NCBI RefSeq assembly: GCF_963921235.1 | Contig: NC_086097.1 | Span: forward strand, 73,038,001 to 73,102,000 | Direction: 5' to 3' | Source: Mobula hypostoma | Taxonomy: Eukaryota | DNA length: 64,000 nucleotides | In this document: piece by piece, positions 38,451-50,759 of the stretch | Layout of the letters: every line of letters starts with the position of its first letter | Position numbering within the stretch: position 1 is the stretch's first letter | The notes under the pieces: model-generated | Databases searched by the model: none | Seen by the model: only the letters and a program-made list of their open reading frames with translations | Told to the model about the DNA's origin: nothing | Position numbers and translations under genes: made by a program

Positions 38451-39424
38451 CTGAAGTGAGGAAGCATTCTGGGCAGTCCTCTTACTACTCACTCAACCAG
38501 TCCATGAAGAACTGAGCTGAGTTTGTCTCCAGTAAACTCAATCGCAAATCCCCAATTATCTCCCCTCTGTACCGAGTATTGTTTGTCAACATTACAAGAG
38601 TAAGAGCTGCCAAAAGAATAAAATCTGAGCATTATTTTATATGAAATCATTATATTGCATACGAGTTAATTAGTCATCCTTTAGTAATTCTTTCCAAGTA
38701 TTTGCAGTTGCCTGTCCAACACTTCAACCAGTATGTGCCAAAAAGTTGGACACATTCAGTGGAAGAGGTCTGGTCTGGTTTGGTTCAGCGGATGACTGCA
38801 AGCAATTCCATGTGTAAAAGCCACAGGTGTATTGGGCACCATCTCAATATGCCCAGCAGCCGTCTGGATTGGCGGAAGTTAGGATGGCTAGAGTGATAGG
38901 ATGAGGTTTCCTTCCTGTAAATGAGCAACAGACTTGTGCTTCAGAGAGCTTCTGTCATACCTCACCGGGGGGAGCTATCAGTCCTCTGTTCGGGAAAATG
39001 TTGCTGGAGTCTTTGCAGACTGTTGGACTAAGGTGGAAGCATCTGAGCTTGGGCTGGTACTGGCCAAATGAGCTTACACTCAGAAATGTTGGACAGCAGC
39101 TGCTTGTGCTACAGCGGAAGCAGGTCCTACAGAAAATCCACGGTCAGCAGGGATCAGACTTGCTCTTAATTGATCACTCCTCATTTGTGACCTCCTCCAA
39201 AATGCAAGTTAGTCCCAGGCAGACGCAAGCATCATACATTCACTGAACTAATCCCGAATAACAGTGCTGGAGTACGTGCTCTTGGTACAGCGTTGGAATG
39301 GGCAGTGGGTCATTATATCTGTGTCAGTGTACCTCACTATCATTTAAATCTTTGTGTGGAAAAAGAAAAAAAATTACACTTAGCATTAGTGAGAGTAATG
39401 ATTCTAATTACTCTTAGGTGACAT

Positions 39425-41256
39425 GTGAAAAGAAAAAGATTGGTTAAGACAAATGTAGGTCCCCTACAGACAGAAACAGGTGAATTGATTATGGGGAGCA
39501 AGGACATGGCAGACCAATTGAATAACTACTTTGGTTCTGTCTTCACTAAGGAGGACATAAATAATCTTCCGGAAATAGTAGGGGGCAGAGGGTCCAGTGA
39601 GATGGAGGAACTGAGGGAAATACATTTTAGTAGGGAAGTGGTGTTAGGTAAATTGAAGGGATTAAAGGCAGATAAATCCCCAGGGCCAGATAGTCTGCAT
39701 CCCAGAGTGATTGAGGAAGTAGCCCAAGAAATAGTGGATGCATTAGTGATAAATTTTCAAAACTCTTTAGATTCTGGACTAGTTCCTGAGGATTGGAGGG
39801 TGGCTAATGTAACCCCACTTTTTAAAAAAGGAGGGAGAGAGAAACCAGGGAATTATAGACCGGTTAGCCTAACATCGGTGGTGGGGAAACTGCTAGAATC
39901 AGTTATCAAAGATGTGATAACAGCACATTTGGAAAGCAGTGAAATCATCGGACAAAGTCAGCATGGATTTGTGAAAGGAAAATCATGTCTGACGAATCTC
40001 ATAGAATTTTTTGAGGATGTAACTAGTAGAGTGGATAGGGGAGAACCAGTGGATGTGGTATATTTGGATTTTCAAAAGGCTTTTGACAAGGTCCCACACA
40101 GGAGATTAGTGTGCAAACTTAAAGCACATGGTATCGGGGGTAAGGTATTGATGTGGATAGAGAATTGGTTGGCAGATAGGAAGCAAAGAGTGGGAATAAA
40201 CGGGACCTTTTCAGAATGGCAGGCAGTGACTAGTGGGGTACCGCAAGGCTCAGTGCTGGGACCCCAGTTGTTTACAATATATATTAATAACTTGGATGAG
40301 GGAAATAAATGCAGCATCTCCAAGTTTGCGGATGACACGAAGCTGGGCGGTAGTGTTAGCTGTGAGGAGGATGCTAAGAGGATGCAGGGTGACTTGGATA
40401 GGTTAGGTGAGTGGGCAAATTCATGGCAGATGCAATTTAATGTGGATAAATGTGAAGTTATCCATTTTGGTGGCAAAAACAGGAAAACAGATTATTATCT
40501 GAATGGTGGCCGATTAGGAAAAGGGGAGGTGCAACGAGACCTGGGTGTCATTATACACCAGTCATTGAAAGTAGGCATGCAGGTACAGCAGGCGGTGAAA
40601 AAGGCGAATGGTATGCTGGCATTTATAGCAAGAGGATTCGAGTACAGGAACAGGGAGGTACTACTACAGTTGTACAAGGCCTTGGTGAGACCACACCTAG
40701 AGTATTGTGTGCAGTTTTCATCCCCTAATCTGAGGAAAGACATCCTTGCTATAGAGGGAGTACAAAGAAGGTTCACCAGATTGATTCCAGGGTTGGCAGG
40801 ACTTTCATATGATGAAAGACTGGATGAACTAGGCTTATACTCGTTGGAATTTAGAAGATTGAGGGGGGATCTTATTGAAACGTATAAAATCCTAAAGGTA
40901 TTGGACAGGCTAGATGCAGGAAGATTGTTCCCAATGTTGGGGAAGTCCAGAACGAGGGGTCACAGTTTGAGGATAAAGGGGAAGCCTTTTAGTACTGAGA
41001 TTAGGAAAAACTCCTTCACACAGAGAGTGGTGAATCTGTGGAATTCTCTGCCACAGTAAACAGTTGAGGCCAGTTCATTGGCTATATTTAAGAGGGAGTT
41101 AGATATGGCCCTTGTGGCTAAAGGGATCGGGGGTATGGAGGGAAGGCTGGTACAGGGTTCTGAGTTGGATGATCAGCCATGATCATACTGAATGGCGGTG
41201 CAGGCTCGAAGGGCCGAATGGCCTACTCCTGCACCTATTTTCTATGTTTCTATGTT
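39425..41256 (+). mobile_element. Young 5'-truncated CR1 LINE with a 544-codon open RT frame
   Basis: ORF 39425-41059 contains KSPGPD, NYRPVSLTS, QHGF, YLDFQKAFDKVPH, GVPQGSVLGP, KFADDTKL and LVRPHLEYC. TAA at 41057 lies shortly before the natural end. Ends with GAAGGGCCGAATGGCCT and a (TTTCTATG)n tail. Confidence 0.97.
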
Positions 41257-41634
41257 GAATTTAACACTAAGATACAGCCCTTTTCTTATTTTTCACATAT
41301 GCAGGTATACAGATAACTGAGTGCCTTTTCTTCATGATTTGTGAGCCAAGGATACTGGAGGGGGAAAGATGGGAAAAGTAAGCATGGCAGCTTTTCCCCA
41401 GTTTATAACTGCTATAACTCAGCCATGTATTAACATGCAGTAAGGTAACCAAGGTATAATATATTTGAACATCTTGCTATGTAAGTTCTTTCTCAAATCA
41501 TGTTGACACAGATATTGCAAAATCTGTTAGATTCCTACAGATCTGTAAGAGGAAAATGGCTAAAAGGGGATGTCTTTTCAATGTCACATTTTAAATCAAT
41601 TTTAAAGTCAATCCATTTAAGTCATTTAATGATT

Positions 41635-41947
41635 TTTTTAGAGGCATCCGTTAGTCTCATAAGATCATGGATTTGCGCCTTGGAAGGTTTCCAGGGCGCA
41701 GGCCTGGGCAAGGTTGTATGGAAGACCGGCAGTTGCCCATGCTGCAAGTCTCCCCTCTCCACGCCGCCGATGTTGTCCAAGGGAAGGGCATTAGGGCACA
41801 TACAGCTTGGCACTGGTGTCATCGCAGAGCAATGTGTGGTTAAGTGCCTTGCTCAAGGACACAACATGCTGCCTCAGCTGAGGCTTGAACTAGCGACCTT
41901 CAGATCACCAGACCGACGCCTTAACCACTTGGCCACGTGCCAACACA
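41635..41947 (-). mobile_element. tRNA-derived SINE with CORE-like middle and RTE-like tail; 12-bp TSD
   Basis: Minus strand: A-box TGGCCAAGTGG, B-box-like GTTCAAGCC, GTGTCCTTGAGCAAGGCACTTAACC, tail GAGACTAACGGATGCCTCT-polyA. CATTTAATGATT occurs at 41623-41634 and 41948-41959. Confidence 0.88.
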
Positions 41948-43544
41948 CATTTAATGATTAGCCATGCAAAAATAGTCTTCGCCTTTCATAGCTTCCCTAA
42001 CTGGCATACTCTCATATTCCTTGGGGATAGGTGCTGGCAGTGGATATCAGGTACAACATTGCAGAAGGACATACATGATGGAACACATCACAGATACAGG
42101 GCAGCAGTTACACATATGCAACATTAGGAGGTAATTTCACTTGCTGGGTTTCACATAACCTGTCCACCATGTTGGTTTCTTGGTCTTAATATGCCCCAGG
42201 CAACATAGAGTCACTCAATGCTTTACATTTGGTATAGCTGTTTGATCACTAGATGAAGCTACAGTAGCCTTTTCAAAGCCCGTACCTAACATTCAAAGCT
42301 CTCAGTTAGCTTCTTTAATAAGTGCTTGACTGTGATCTTTCAGTCTTTGTTCTTTTCTTTTGCAGATAGATTTTTCTGCATTCAAAAATTCCAGGGCTGC
42401 AATTACTGGAACTAATTCCTAAGTTTCAAAAAGCACCTCATCCATATGTGAAGGGAGATATTTTCCACCATTGTGCTTCAAGCAGGAAATTTCAGATTCT
42501 GATTGGAAACCACAAAGTTGAGGCAGAAGGACTCTCATTTCTGCATCCAGTATGTGTGGGAAATTGCTTCTAGAATGATTAAATTGAGCCAAAACTCCCC
42601 ATGTTGCTATTGTCCTGCAAGGGATATCATCTACCACTATTACTGTAGATTAAAGTAATGAAGACAGCTATAAATTGCTTGGATTTATATAGCACCTTTG
42701 ATGATCTCAAAACATACCAAAGCACTTAACAGCCAATAAATACAATTAATTGAAAACCTAGTGCATTAAAATATTTCAGATAGGAAATTAAATCTCTTGG
42801 ACTGCTTTTTAATAACATTTTTAAATAATTGCAACACATGACTTTAGCATGGTAATACTTATGACAGCAGGTTAATTTTATGATACCCTCCTTTTCTCGA
42901 ATTCCTGATAGCATTTCAAGCAATCCACTCACTGTTGTATCAATAAAGACAGTTCAATTATAAATAGAAGCTGATCTTTTTGGCTTAAAGCCTAGGAGCA
43001 TTGCTACATCCATCCACGCAGTGATCCACTGCTGAATAAAAATTGACAGGAGACAATTTAGTAAGCAGTCTAATGACTTCATAGTAATATTTATAATGAA
43101 AATGCTGCCTACTGCCACTGTGTACGATTCACATAACATGCAGCCTGCATACAAAAGAGCTTTCAGCAGTAAAATTAAATGTAATTAACTAATGAAGCTT
43201 CATGAGCGATAAAAACCAAATAATAGGACTGATAGTAAGAGCTATAAAGCATTGGTGGTGACATTCTGGAAATAATGCTGAGGTACTTAGATCATGAAGA
43301 TCTATACAGGTTAATTAAGAATGATGATTTCTATCCTTTTCCTCAAAATTTAACCAGAAAAATTTGTTACACTGCATTGTTCATAAAGCACATTTGCAAG
43401 TTTTGATGTAAAATTTGTCATTTAGGAGGTGCTTGGCCAGACAATGTACTGTTGATGAAGTCCAGGACAGTTTTGGGATACCTAATAAAAGGTAAAAAAA
43501 AACCTTTTTAACGTCCACTAACAGAGTGCTTTCTATATAACTTG

Positions 43545-44442
43545 CTTGGGTTAAAAGCAAATAGTGTAGAAGATACAGGAAGTCTGCAGAGAGATATAGA
43601 TAGGTTAAGTGAATGGACAAGGGTCTGGCAGATGGAGTACGATGTTAGTAAATGCGAGGTCATCCACTTTGGAAGGAAAAATGGAAGATCAGATTATTAT
43701 TTTAATGGTAAAAAAATGCAGCATGCAGATGTGCAGAGGGACTTGGGAGTACTTGTGCATGAATCACAAAAGGTTGGTTTGCAGGTACAGCAGGCAAATG
43801 GAATGTTGGCCTTCATTACTAGAGGGATTAAATTTAAGATTAGGGAGGTTATGCTGCAACTGGACAGGGTACTGGTGAGGCTGCATCTGGAGTACTGCAT
43901 GCAGTTCTGGTCTCCTCACTAGAGGAAGGATATACTGGCTTTGGAGGCAGTGCAGAGGAGGTTCACCAGGTTGATTCCAGAGATGAGGGGGTTAGACTAT
44001 GAGGAGAGATTAAGTTGCCTGGGACCATACTTGCTGGAATTCAGAAGGATGAGAGATCTTATAGAAACATATAAAATTGCGAAAAGGATAGATAAGATAG
44101 AGGCAGGAAAGTTATTTCCACTGGTAGATGAGACTAGAACTAGGGGACATAGCCTCAAGATTTGGGGGAGTAGATTTAGGACGGAGATAAGGAGGAACTG
44201 CTTTTCCTAGAGAGTGGTGAATCTGTGGAATTCTCTGCCCAGTGAAGCTACAGAGGCTACCTCAGTAAATATGTTTAAGACCAGGTGGGCTAGATTTTTG
44301 CTTAGTAGAGAAATTAAGGGTTATGGGGAAAAGGCAGGTAGGTGGAGATGAGTCCATGGTCAGATTAGTCATGATCTTATTGATTGGCGGAGCAGGCTCT
44401 ACAGGCCAGACGGCCTACTCCTGCTCCTATTTCTTATGTTCT
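43545..44442 (+). mobile_element. CR1 3' fragment
   Basis: ORFs 43542-43922 and 43941-44210 (LQRDIDRLSEW..KCEVIHFG..QRDLGVLV..LEYCMQFWSP..QRRFTRLIP). Tail TTTCTTATGTTCT. Confidence 0.92.
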
Positions 44443-44449
44443 CTGCCTG

Positions 44450-45729
44450 CTCTAGATCTTTTTTCTCTTGAATTCAGCACTCCTTTCTCCTCCTCAACCC
44501 TTACCACCCCTGAGCGCACTGCCCCCCACTCTCTCCACACCAATCCGAACCTTACAGAAATCCACAGACAAAGAGGGTGCTGTTGTGGAGTGGTGCACTG
44601 ACATCTACCTTGCTGAGGCCAGGCAGAACCACTCAGACACCTCTCATACCCCCCTCGAGGAGGACCCCTCTCCAGATCATCAGAAAACTGTCTCCGACAC
44701 CGTCGCTGACCTCATCCACTCTGAAGAGCTCCCATCCACTGCTGCCAAACTCATAGCTCCCTTACCCTGCATTGTTCACTTCTACCTCCTACCCAAGATC
44801 TACAATCTCGACTGTCCTGATAGGCCTATTGTCTCTGCCTGCTCCTGCTCCTCTGAACTTGTGTCCTCATAGCTTGAGTCAATTCTATCCCCTTTGGTTT
44901 AGTCCCTTCCTACCCACATCTGCATCACTTCTCACTTCCAATTTCCTGGCCCTGACTGCCTCATCGTCACTCTGGGTATTCAGTCCCTATACAGTTCTAT
45001 CTCCATCAAGCAGCCCTCACACTCTCCACTTCTTTCTTAACAAAAGAACCAACCAATACCCCTCCACCACCTCCCTCCTCCGTCTGGCAAAACTGGTCCT
45101 CACCCTGAACAATGATCCCTTTGGCTCCTCCCACTTTCTCCAAACTCGTGCAGTAGCCATGGGCACTCATATGAGCCCCAGGTCTGCCTGCTTCTTTGTT
45201 GGCTACATGGAAAAGACCATGTTCAAAGTCCTCCCTGTTATACTCCCCAATTCTTCTTACACTACTTTGACAATTGCATTGGCACTACTTCATGTACCCA
45301 AGCCGAGCTCATTAATTTTATTAACTCTACCTCTAACTTCCACCCTACTCTTAAATTAGCTTGGTCCATCTCTAACACATCTCTCCCCTTTCTCAATCTC
45401 TCTGTCTCCATCTCTGGAGACAAACTGTCAATTGACATCTTTCATGAACCTACTCATCCCCATGGTTATCTGGAATATACCTCTTTGCACCCTATCTCCT
45501 GTAGAAAATGCTATTTTCTTTTCTCTGCCACATCCGTTCCCAAGACGTGGCTCTCTGTTCCAGGACATCAGAAATGTCCTCCTTCTTTAAATAACGGAGT
45601 TTCCTTCCCTCCATTTTTGATGCTACACTCATCCACATCTCCTCTATTTCCCGAGCATCCGCGCTCACCCCATCTTCCCGCCACCTTAACAGTGATAACG
45701 TTCCTCTTATCCTTGCCTATCACCCCATC
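44450..45729 (+). mobile_element. Penelope-like RT region, decayed
   Basis: TDKEGAVV; FYLLPKIY..DRPIVSAC; FLQTRAVAMGTHMSP..FFVGYME; NFHPTLKL; GYLEYTSLHP. Confidence 0.9.
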
Positions 45730-45953
45730 AAAGTTCAAATTTCCAAGTAAATATTATTATCAAAGCACATATATGTCACCATATACAATCCTGAGATTCA
45801 TTTTCTTGCAGGCATACTCAGCAAATCTATAGAATAGTAACTGTAACAGGATTAGTGAGAGATCAGCTAGAGTACAGAAGACAGCAAACTGTGCAAGTGC
45901 ACATAAATAACCAGAATATGAGGTAAAAAGATAAAGAGCCCTTAAAGTGAGAT
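45730..45953 (-). mobile_element. Rex1-type 3' UTR fragment
   Basis: Reverse complement of the tail at 20640-20731 and 30420-30498 (GAATCTCAGGATTGTATATGGTGACATATATG..TTTGAACTTT). Confidence 0.8.
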
Positions 45954-46832
45954 CACACACAAAATGCTGGAGGTACTCAGCAGGCCAGGCAGCATCTATG
46001 GAAAAGAGTACAATCAACATTTCGGGCTGAGATCCCTCAGCAGGACCGGAGGAAAATGCTGAGGAGTAGAGTTAAAAGGTAGAGGGAGGGGAGAGAGAAA
46101 CACAAGCTGATAGGTGAAATGAAGAGCTGGGAAGTTGATTGGTGAAAGAGATACAGGGAGGGCTGGAGAAAGGGGAGTCTAACAGGAGAGGGCAGAAGGC
46201 CATGGAAGAAAGAAAAGGGGGAGGAGCACCAGAGGGAGGCAATGGGCAGGTAAGGAGATAAGGTGAGAGAGGGAAAAGGGGTTGGGGAATGGTGTAGAGG
46301 GGGCATTATCGGATGTTTGAGAAATCAATGTTCATGCCATCAGGTTGGAGGCTACCCAGACGTAATATAAGGTGTTGTTCCTCCAACTTGTCATCGTGAC
46401 AGTAGAGGATAGACATATCGGAATGGGAATGGGAAGTGGAATTAAAATGGATGGCCACTGGGACATCATACTTCTTCTGGCAGATGAAGTGTAGATGCTC
46501 GGCGAAGCAGTCTCCCAATCTACATCGGGTCTCACCGATGTACAGGAAGCCACACCGGGAGCACCAGACACACTAGATGATCCCAACAGATTCACAGGAG
46601 AAGTGTCGCCTCACCTGAAAGCACTGCTTGGGACCCTGAATGGTAGTGAGAGAGGACGTGTAGGGCAGGTACAGTACTTGTTCCACTTGCAAGGATAAGT
46701 GCGAGGAGGGAGATCAGTGGGGAGGGACGAATGGACAAGGGAGTTGTGTAGGGAGCGATCCCTGTAGAAAGCAGGAAGTGGGGAGGGAGCAGGGAAGGAT
46801 GTGCTTGGTAGTGGGAATCCATTGGAGATGGC
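45954..46832 (-). mobile_element. Penelope-like GIY-YIG endonuclease and pseudo-LTR
   Basis: FYRDRSLHNSLVHS..TYPCKWNKYCTCP; LGDCFAEHLHFICQK..PVAIHFNS..KLEEQHLILRLGSLQPDGMNIDFS. Confidence 0.9.
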
Positions 46833-47048
46833 TGCACCTATCACTTTCCGGCTAGCTTCCTTTCCCTCCACCCCACCTCACCCTCACCTTTTTATTCAGG
46901 CATCTTCCCCCTTTATTTCCAGTCCTGAAGAAGGGTCCCGATCTGAAACATTGTTTATTCATTTCCATAGATGCTGCCTGATTTGCTGAGTTCCTTCAGC
47001 ATTTTGTGTGTGTTGCTTTGGATTTCCAGCATCTGCAGATTGTCTCAT
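46833..47048 (+). mobile_element. Penelope pseudo-LTR copy, inverted relative to 45954-46140
   Basis: CAGTCCTGAAGAAGGGTCCCGATCTGAAAC..AGATGCTGCCTGATTTGCTGAGTTCCTTCAGCATTTTGTGTGTGTTGCT. Confidence 0.85.
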
Positions 47049-47684
47049 GTTTATGCTTTTTATATTAGTTTTAAACAGAGTTCCTAATTTTTTTTTGGAG
47101 TTTTACTGTGTGAACAGCCAAGTGTTCTTTTGGAAAGCTCGCCTTACCACAGTGTGAAGGAACTTAGGCCTGGTGCAAGTGGCATTTCTGATCATTTGTA
47201 TACCGGTCATCGAACTGCGAAACTGCAGACTACTGTAGGTGCACCATGCTTTTTGTTGCAAAAGGAAGATGGAGAGATGGATAAGAAGAAGTTGAACGGC
47301 ATATTTGGAATATTAGCTCTCCTTTCTAGGCAGGAATGGGGCTAATGAGCAGTGAAAATGGAACTTCATGCATGAAAATATGGATCCTTTGGAGGGCGGC
47401 ATGACCCTTTAACTGGGACTGATAGGGAAGAAAGCACTGATTAACCACTCCTTCAGTCAGTCAGACCCAAGCAAGTTGGTGGGCACTGGAAAGCACTCAA
47501 GGGTCCAGCTTTTGCATCCCAGTCATCCTCCCTCATGAGTAAATTTCAGCCTTCAGTGCCTTGGACTTTTCTCTGACACTGGTCCAAGCTAATCTTCAGA
47601 GATACCTCTTCCTACTGTTTACATATTAGGCAGAGATGCTTTTCATTGTCCTGCCAGCACCCACACTGCATCCGGAGTCCAGAA

Positions 47685-47967
47685 TGTACTGGTTAGCGCA
47701 AGCCTGCTACAGCTCAGGGCATCAGAGTTCAGAGTTCAATCCCAACGTCCTCTGTAAGAAGTTTCTGCATCCTCCTTGTGGAATGCTTGGGCTTTCTTCG
47801 GATGCTTTGGTTTCCTCCCACAGCCCAAAGACGTACCGGTTAGTAGGGTAATTAGTCACTGTAAATTGTCCTGTGATCAGGCTAGGGTTAAGTTGGGAGG
47901 TGCTGGCAATGTGGTTTGAAGGGCCGAAAGGACTTATTCCGTTCTGTCATCTCTAAATAAATAAATA
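47685..47967 (+). mobile_element. V-SINE (HE1-like) tRNA-derived SINE
   Basis: TGGTTAGCGC..GAGTTCAATCCC head; V-domain GGTTTCCTCCCACAGCCCAAAGAC..GGGTAATTAG..TAAATTGTCC; CR1-like GAAGGGCCGAAAGG; (TAAA)n tail. Confidence 0.82.
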
Positions 47968-49417
47968 GTTTATTGGATGCTCGTAGACTGGCGGTGATTT
48001 CGTCCTCATGAATATGGAGAGCCATGAATTTTAATTGTGTCCCTTCTGTCAGACTCTGGTGGGCGAAGAAACCTGCAGAGTTTTCAAAGGACTTGCAGAT
48101 GTCTGTTCTGTGTAACTTGCAGAATTTCCTGTGTGTCGTCAAAGGTCCACCCAAAGAAAATATGGTCATGTAGAAATTTTATCATATGCTTGAACAATGA
48201 ACGTGTATTTAATAGCAACTACTATTCATAATTACTTCACATTATATAAAGTATACTGCTAAAACTAAAGTAAAACCAGAATAAATTTATGGAAAACTAT
48301 TTAACACGATCACTAAAAATAATAAGCAAGTAGCACCCACTCTTCCTTGAAATTATAATTTGTTTCAACTTTCTTTTTTGTTCTGATATTTCTCACCTTA
48401 GATTAATTAACATCTTGAAAAATAACCATGAACATAAACAAAGGAAGAAAATATGATAATCAAAGCAGTGTTAACACATTTTAAAAACTGACAAATCTCA
48501 TTGCTGAAGCAGAATACATAACCTAATAGAAAATCTGTTTAGAATCATGCAAAACGCAACATGTCAAATAACATCAATTATGCTCCAATGAGGCGAGTTG
48601 CCTGCACATTTTCAAAGGGATTTTTATTTGAATTAGTGATGCTATATTTGGATATGACTTCATTCTTTTTGACCCAATGGTCCAGGAGTAGGATACAGAT
48701 TTTAAATCTAAATCTGTGACAACTGCCTTTGTTCACACCTTCATTGTGCACTTAGTGCAAAAAAGTTTCACAAATCAGGAGGAGCCAATATAATTTTCTA
48801 TCCAAGTAGATAAAATGTTGAATTTTCTGCAAAAAGCACGATGAAATATTTAAGGTTATCAAGAGCCACGGATAAGTTAGTGAATGGGAGGAACCGTGGC
48901 TGATACAATCCAATCTGGATAATAGTTACAGGAGGAATTTACAAACGGTAGAAGGAATCCAATGAATGGAACCTATTTCTGAGGTGTGATGTGTATCACT
49001 TTGGCTCGGTCCATTTTTAGTCCTCCTTGTTTCATTAGAAATGTATCTTACTCACACCTTTGGAAAAAAGATTTGGGATCCCATTTTAGTTGTACATAAA
49101 AATAGGACAAGATACACTATCTGTATCCTTGCAAAACTGTTGAAAATCACTGCTGAAGTCAAATAAGAAAAGACCTAGGACCCTTGAATTTTTTTTTTTA
49201 TGAGGCCAGCAAAGGTTGGATGCTCTAGTGCATGAAGGTTGAATATTCTAGCATTTATTAGCTTCAGTTGGGATCATCAACTCACCTTTTTCCCAAGTTT
49301 GAAAAAAAGTATTGACAGTCACTACATTACTAGAGCAGAATACATAGCTCAATAAAATAATCTGTTTAGAATTGTGCAAAACACAACACATGAAATAACA
49401 TCAATTATGGCCTAATG

Positions 49418-49498
49418 TTGGGGTTCCCAACCCGGGGTCCACAGATAACTCAGTTATTGGTATGGGTCCATGGCATAAAAAAATGCTGGGAACCCTTG
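49418..49498. mobile_element. ~80-bp MITE, probably hAT superfamily
   Basis: Imperfect terminal inverted repeats GGGGTTCCCAAC / GCTGGGAACCCT; flanked by GCCTAATG / GTTTAATG (possible degenerate 8-bp TSD). Absent from the paralogous copy at ~48590. Confidence 0.7.
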
Positions 49499-50759
49499 GT
49501 TTAATGAGGCTAGAGGGCTGCACAGAGGGATCTTTATTTGAATTGGTGTTGTATTATTTGGATCTGGCCAGCTGACTAGATCTTGAGTTTCTCACCACCT
49601 TGTCTGGGGCTCAGCAGTGACATTGAAGTGAGAGGACAGACCGATCAGCACAGAGACAGAAGGGGTTCAAACAACACAACCTAGTTTATGCAAAATAATA
49701 TTTAGCAGACTGCCCCTGGAACACTGTATACAGTTTGCGGCTGTTCATTTGGTCACACAACACAATCCTTAAATGATTGTCCCGAATGCAACAGTTATTG
49801 TCCACAACCAATATTAAATACATTTCATTGTTTTATCTGTTATTCTACAGAAAGAAAACATCAAATAATTTCTCATATTTAGAGATACTGTATTGTGTAA
49901 CTAAATCACCAATTTTGACATAGTCTATGATCTCTGCAATAGTGCTGGTGATGGTTGTACATAGGTTATCAGTTCAGCAGACGTTGTTGGAGTATTTGTA
50001 GATTTAGTAATGTTGTTTCATCCTCATTTCCATCTGAAATATTGCAGTTTGACTCTTTTTGATTTAAAGTTAGTCTTGCATGAGAAATACCTTCCAGTTC
50101 CTGTTCGACTTTTCTCTCCAGTATAAATCCCAGGATTAAGTTAATAATGTATACTTTATAGAACTTCACTCCAATTTTCAAAATAATTCCCTGTCCAATA
50201 TAGGAATTGCTGCCTTTCCCCAATGTGCTAGCTCTCCATCTCAGACATGCCTGGAGCTCTTGTACATGAAACAAGGCAACTGAACCCTAGTGTCATACAA
50301 CTTGTACAGTACAGCTTGTACTGCAAGCTTTTTTTATTTTCATTTCCTCTCCTCCACAAATCTGAACAGGAAAATAGAAAAGTTCGCCACACACTGTCTT
50401 CATTTTAATTATTTTCAACTATACTGCATGATACTTTTCAGAATATTTGCTTGTGGTTCCTTCATGTAGTTACCCCCTGCTTCTATTTCATTTAGCCTTG
50501 GGTGCTGGGCAATGCATAGAGTCTGTGACGAAATGGACTCAAAGTCAAAATCGTATTTATTGTCAGATGCACACGTGTGCACAGGTGCAGTGAAAAGCTT
50601 GCAACACAGATATTTAGCATCAAATCATCAGCTTTCGCAAGGAAAACAAATCAAACAAAAATTATAAATACAAGAAATTCTACAGATGCTAAAAGTCCAG
50701 AGCAACAGGTGCAAAGTGCTGGCAGAACTCAGCAGGTCAGGCAGCAGCCATGGAAGTGT

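Noticed and set aside
39425..41059. 544-aa ORF as a host gene or domesticated RT
   Set aside because: It has the canonical CR1 ORF2 sequence, no ATG start, a 5' truncation, and is followed by the CR1 3' UTR and microsatellite tail.
42300..42650. Minus-strand ORF 42419-42637 as an exon of a gene driven leftward from the CpG island
   Set aside because: No recognisable homology, and a stronger acceptor exists on the + strand at 42365. Not fully excluded.
49969..50361. 101-aa minus-strand ORF with an upstream acceptor-like site
   Set aside because: No recognisable homology, and the + strand reads LVLHEKYLPVPVRLFS in the expected module position. It could still be a non-coding antisense exon.
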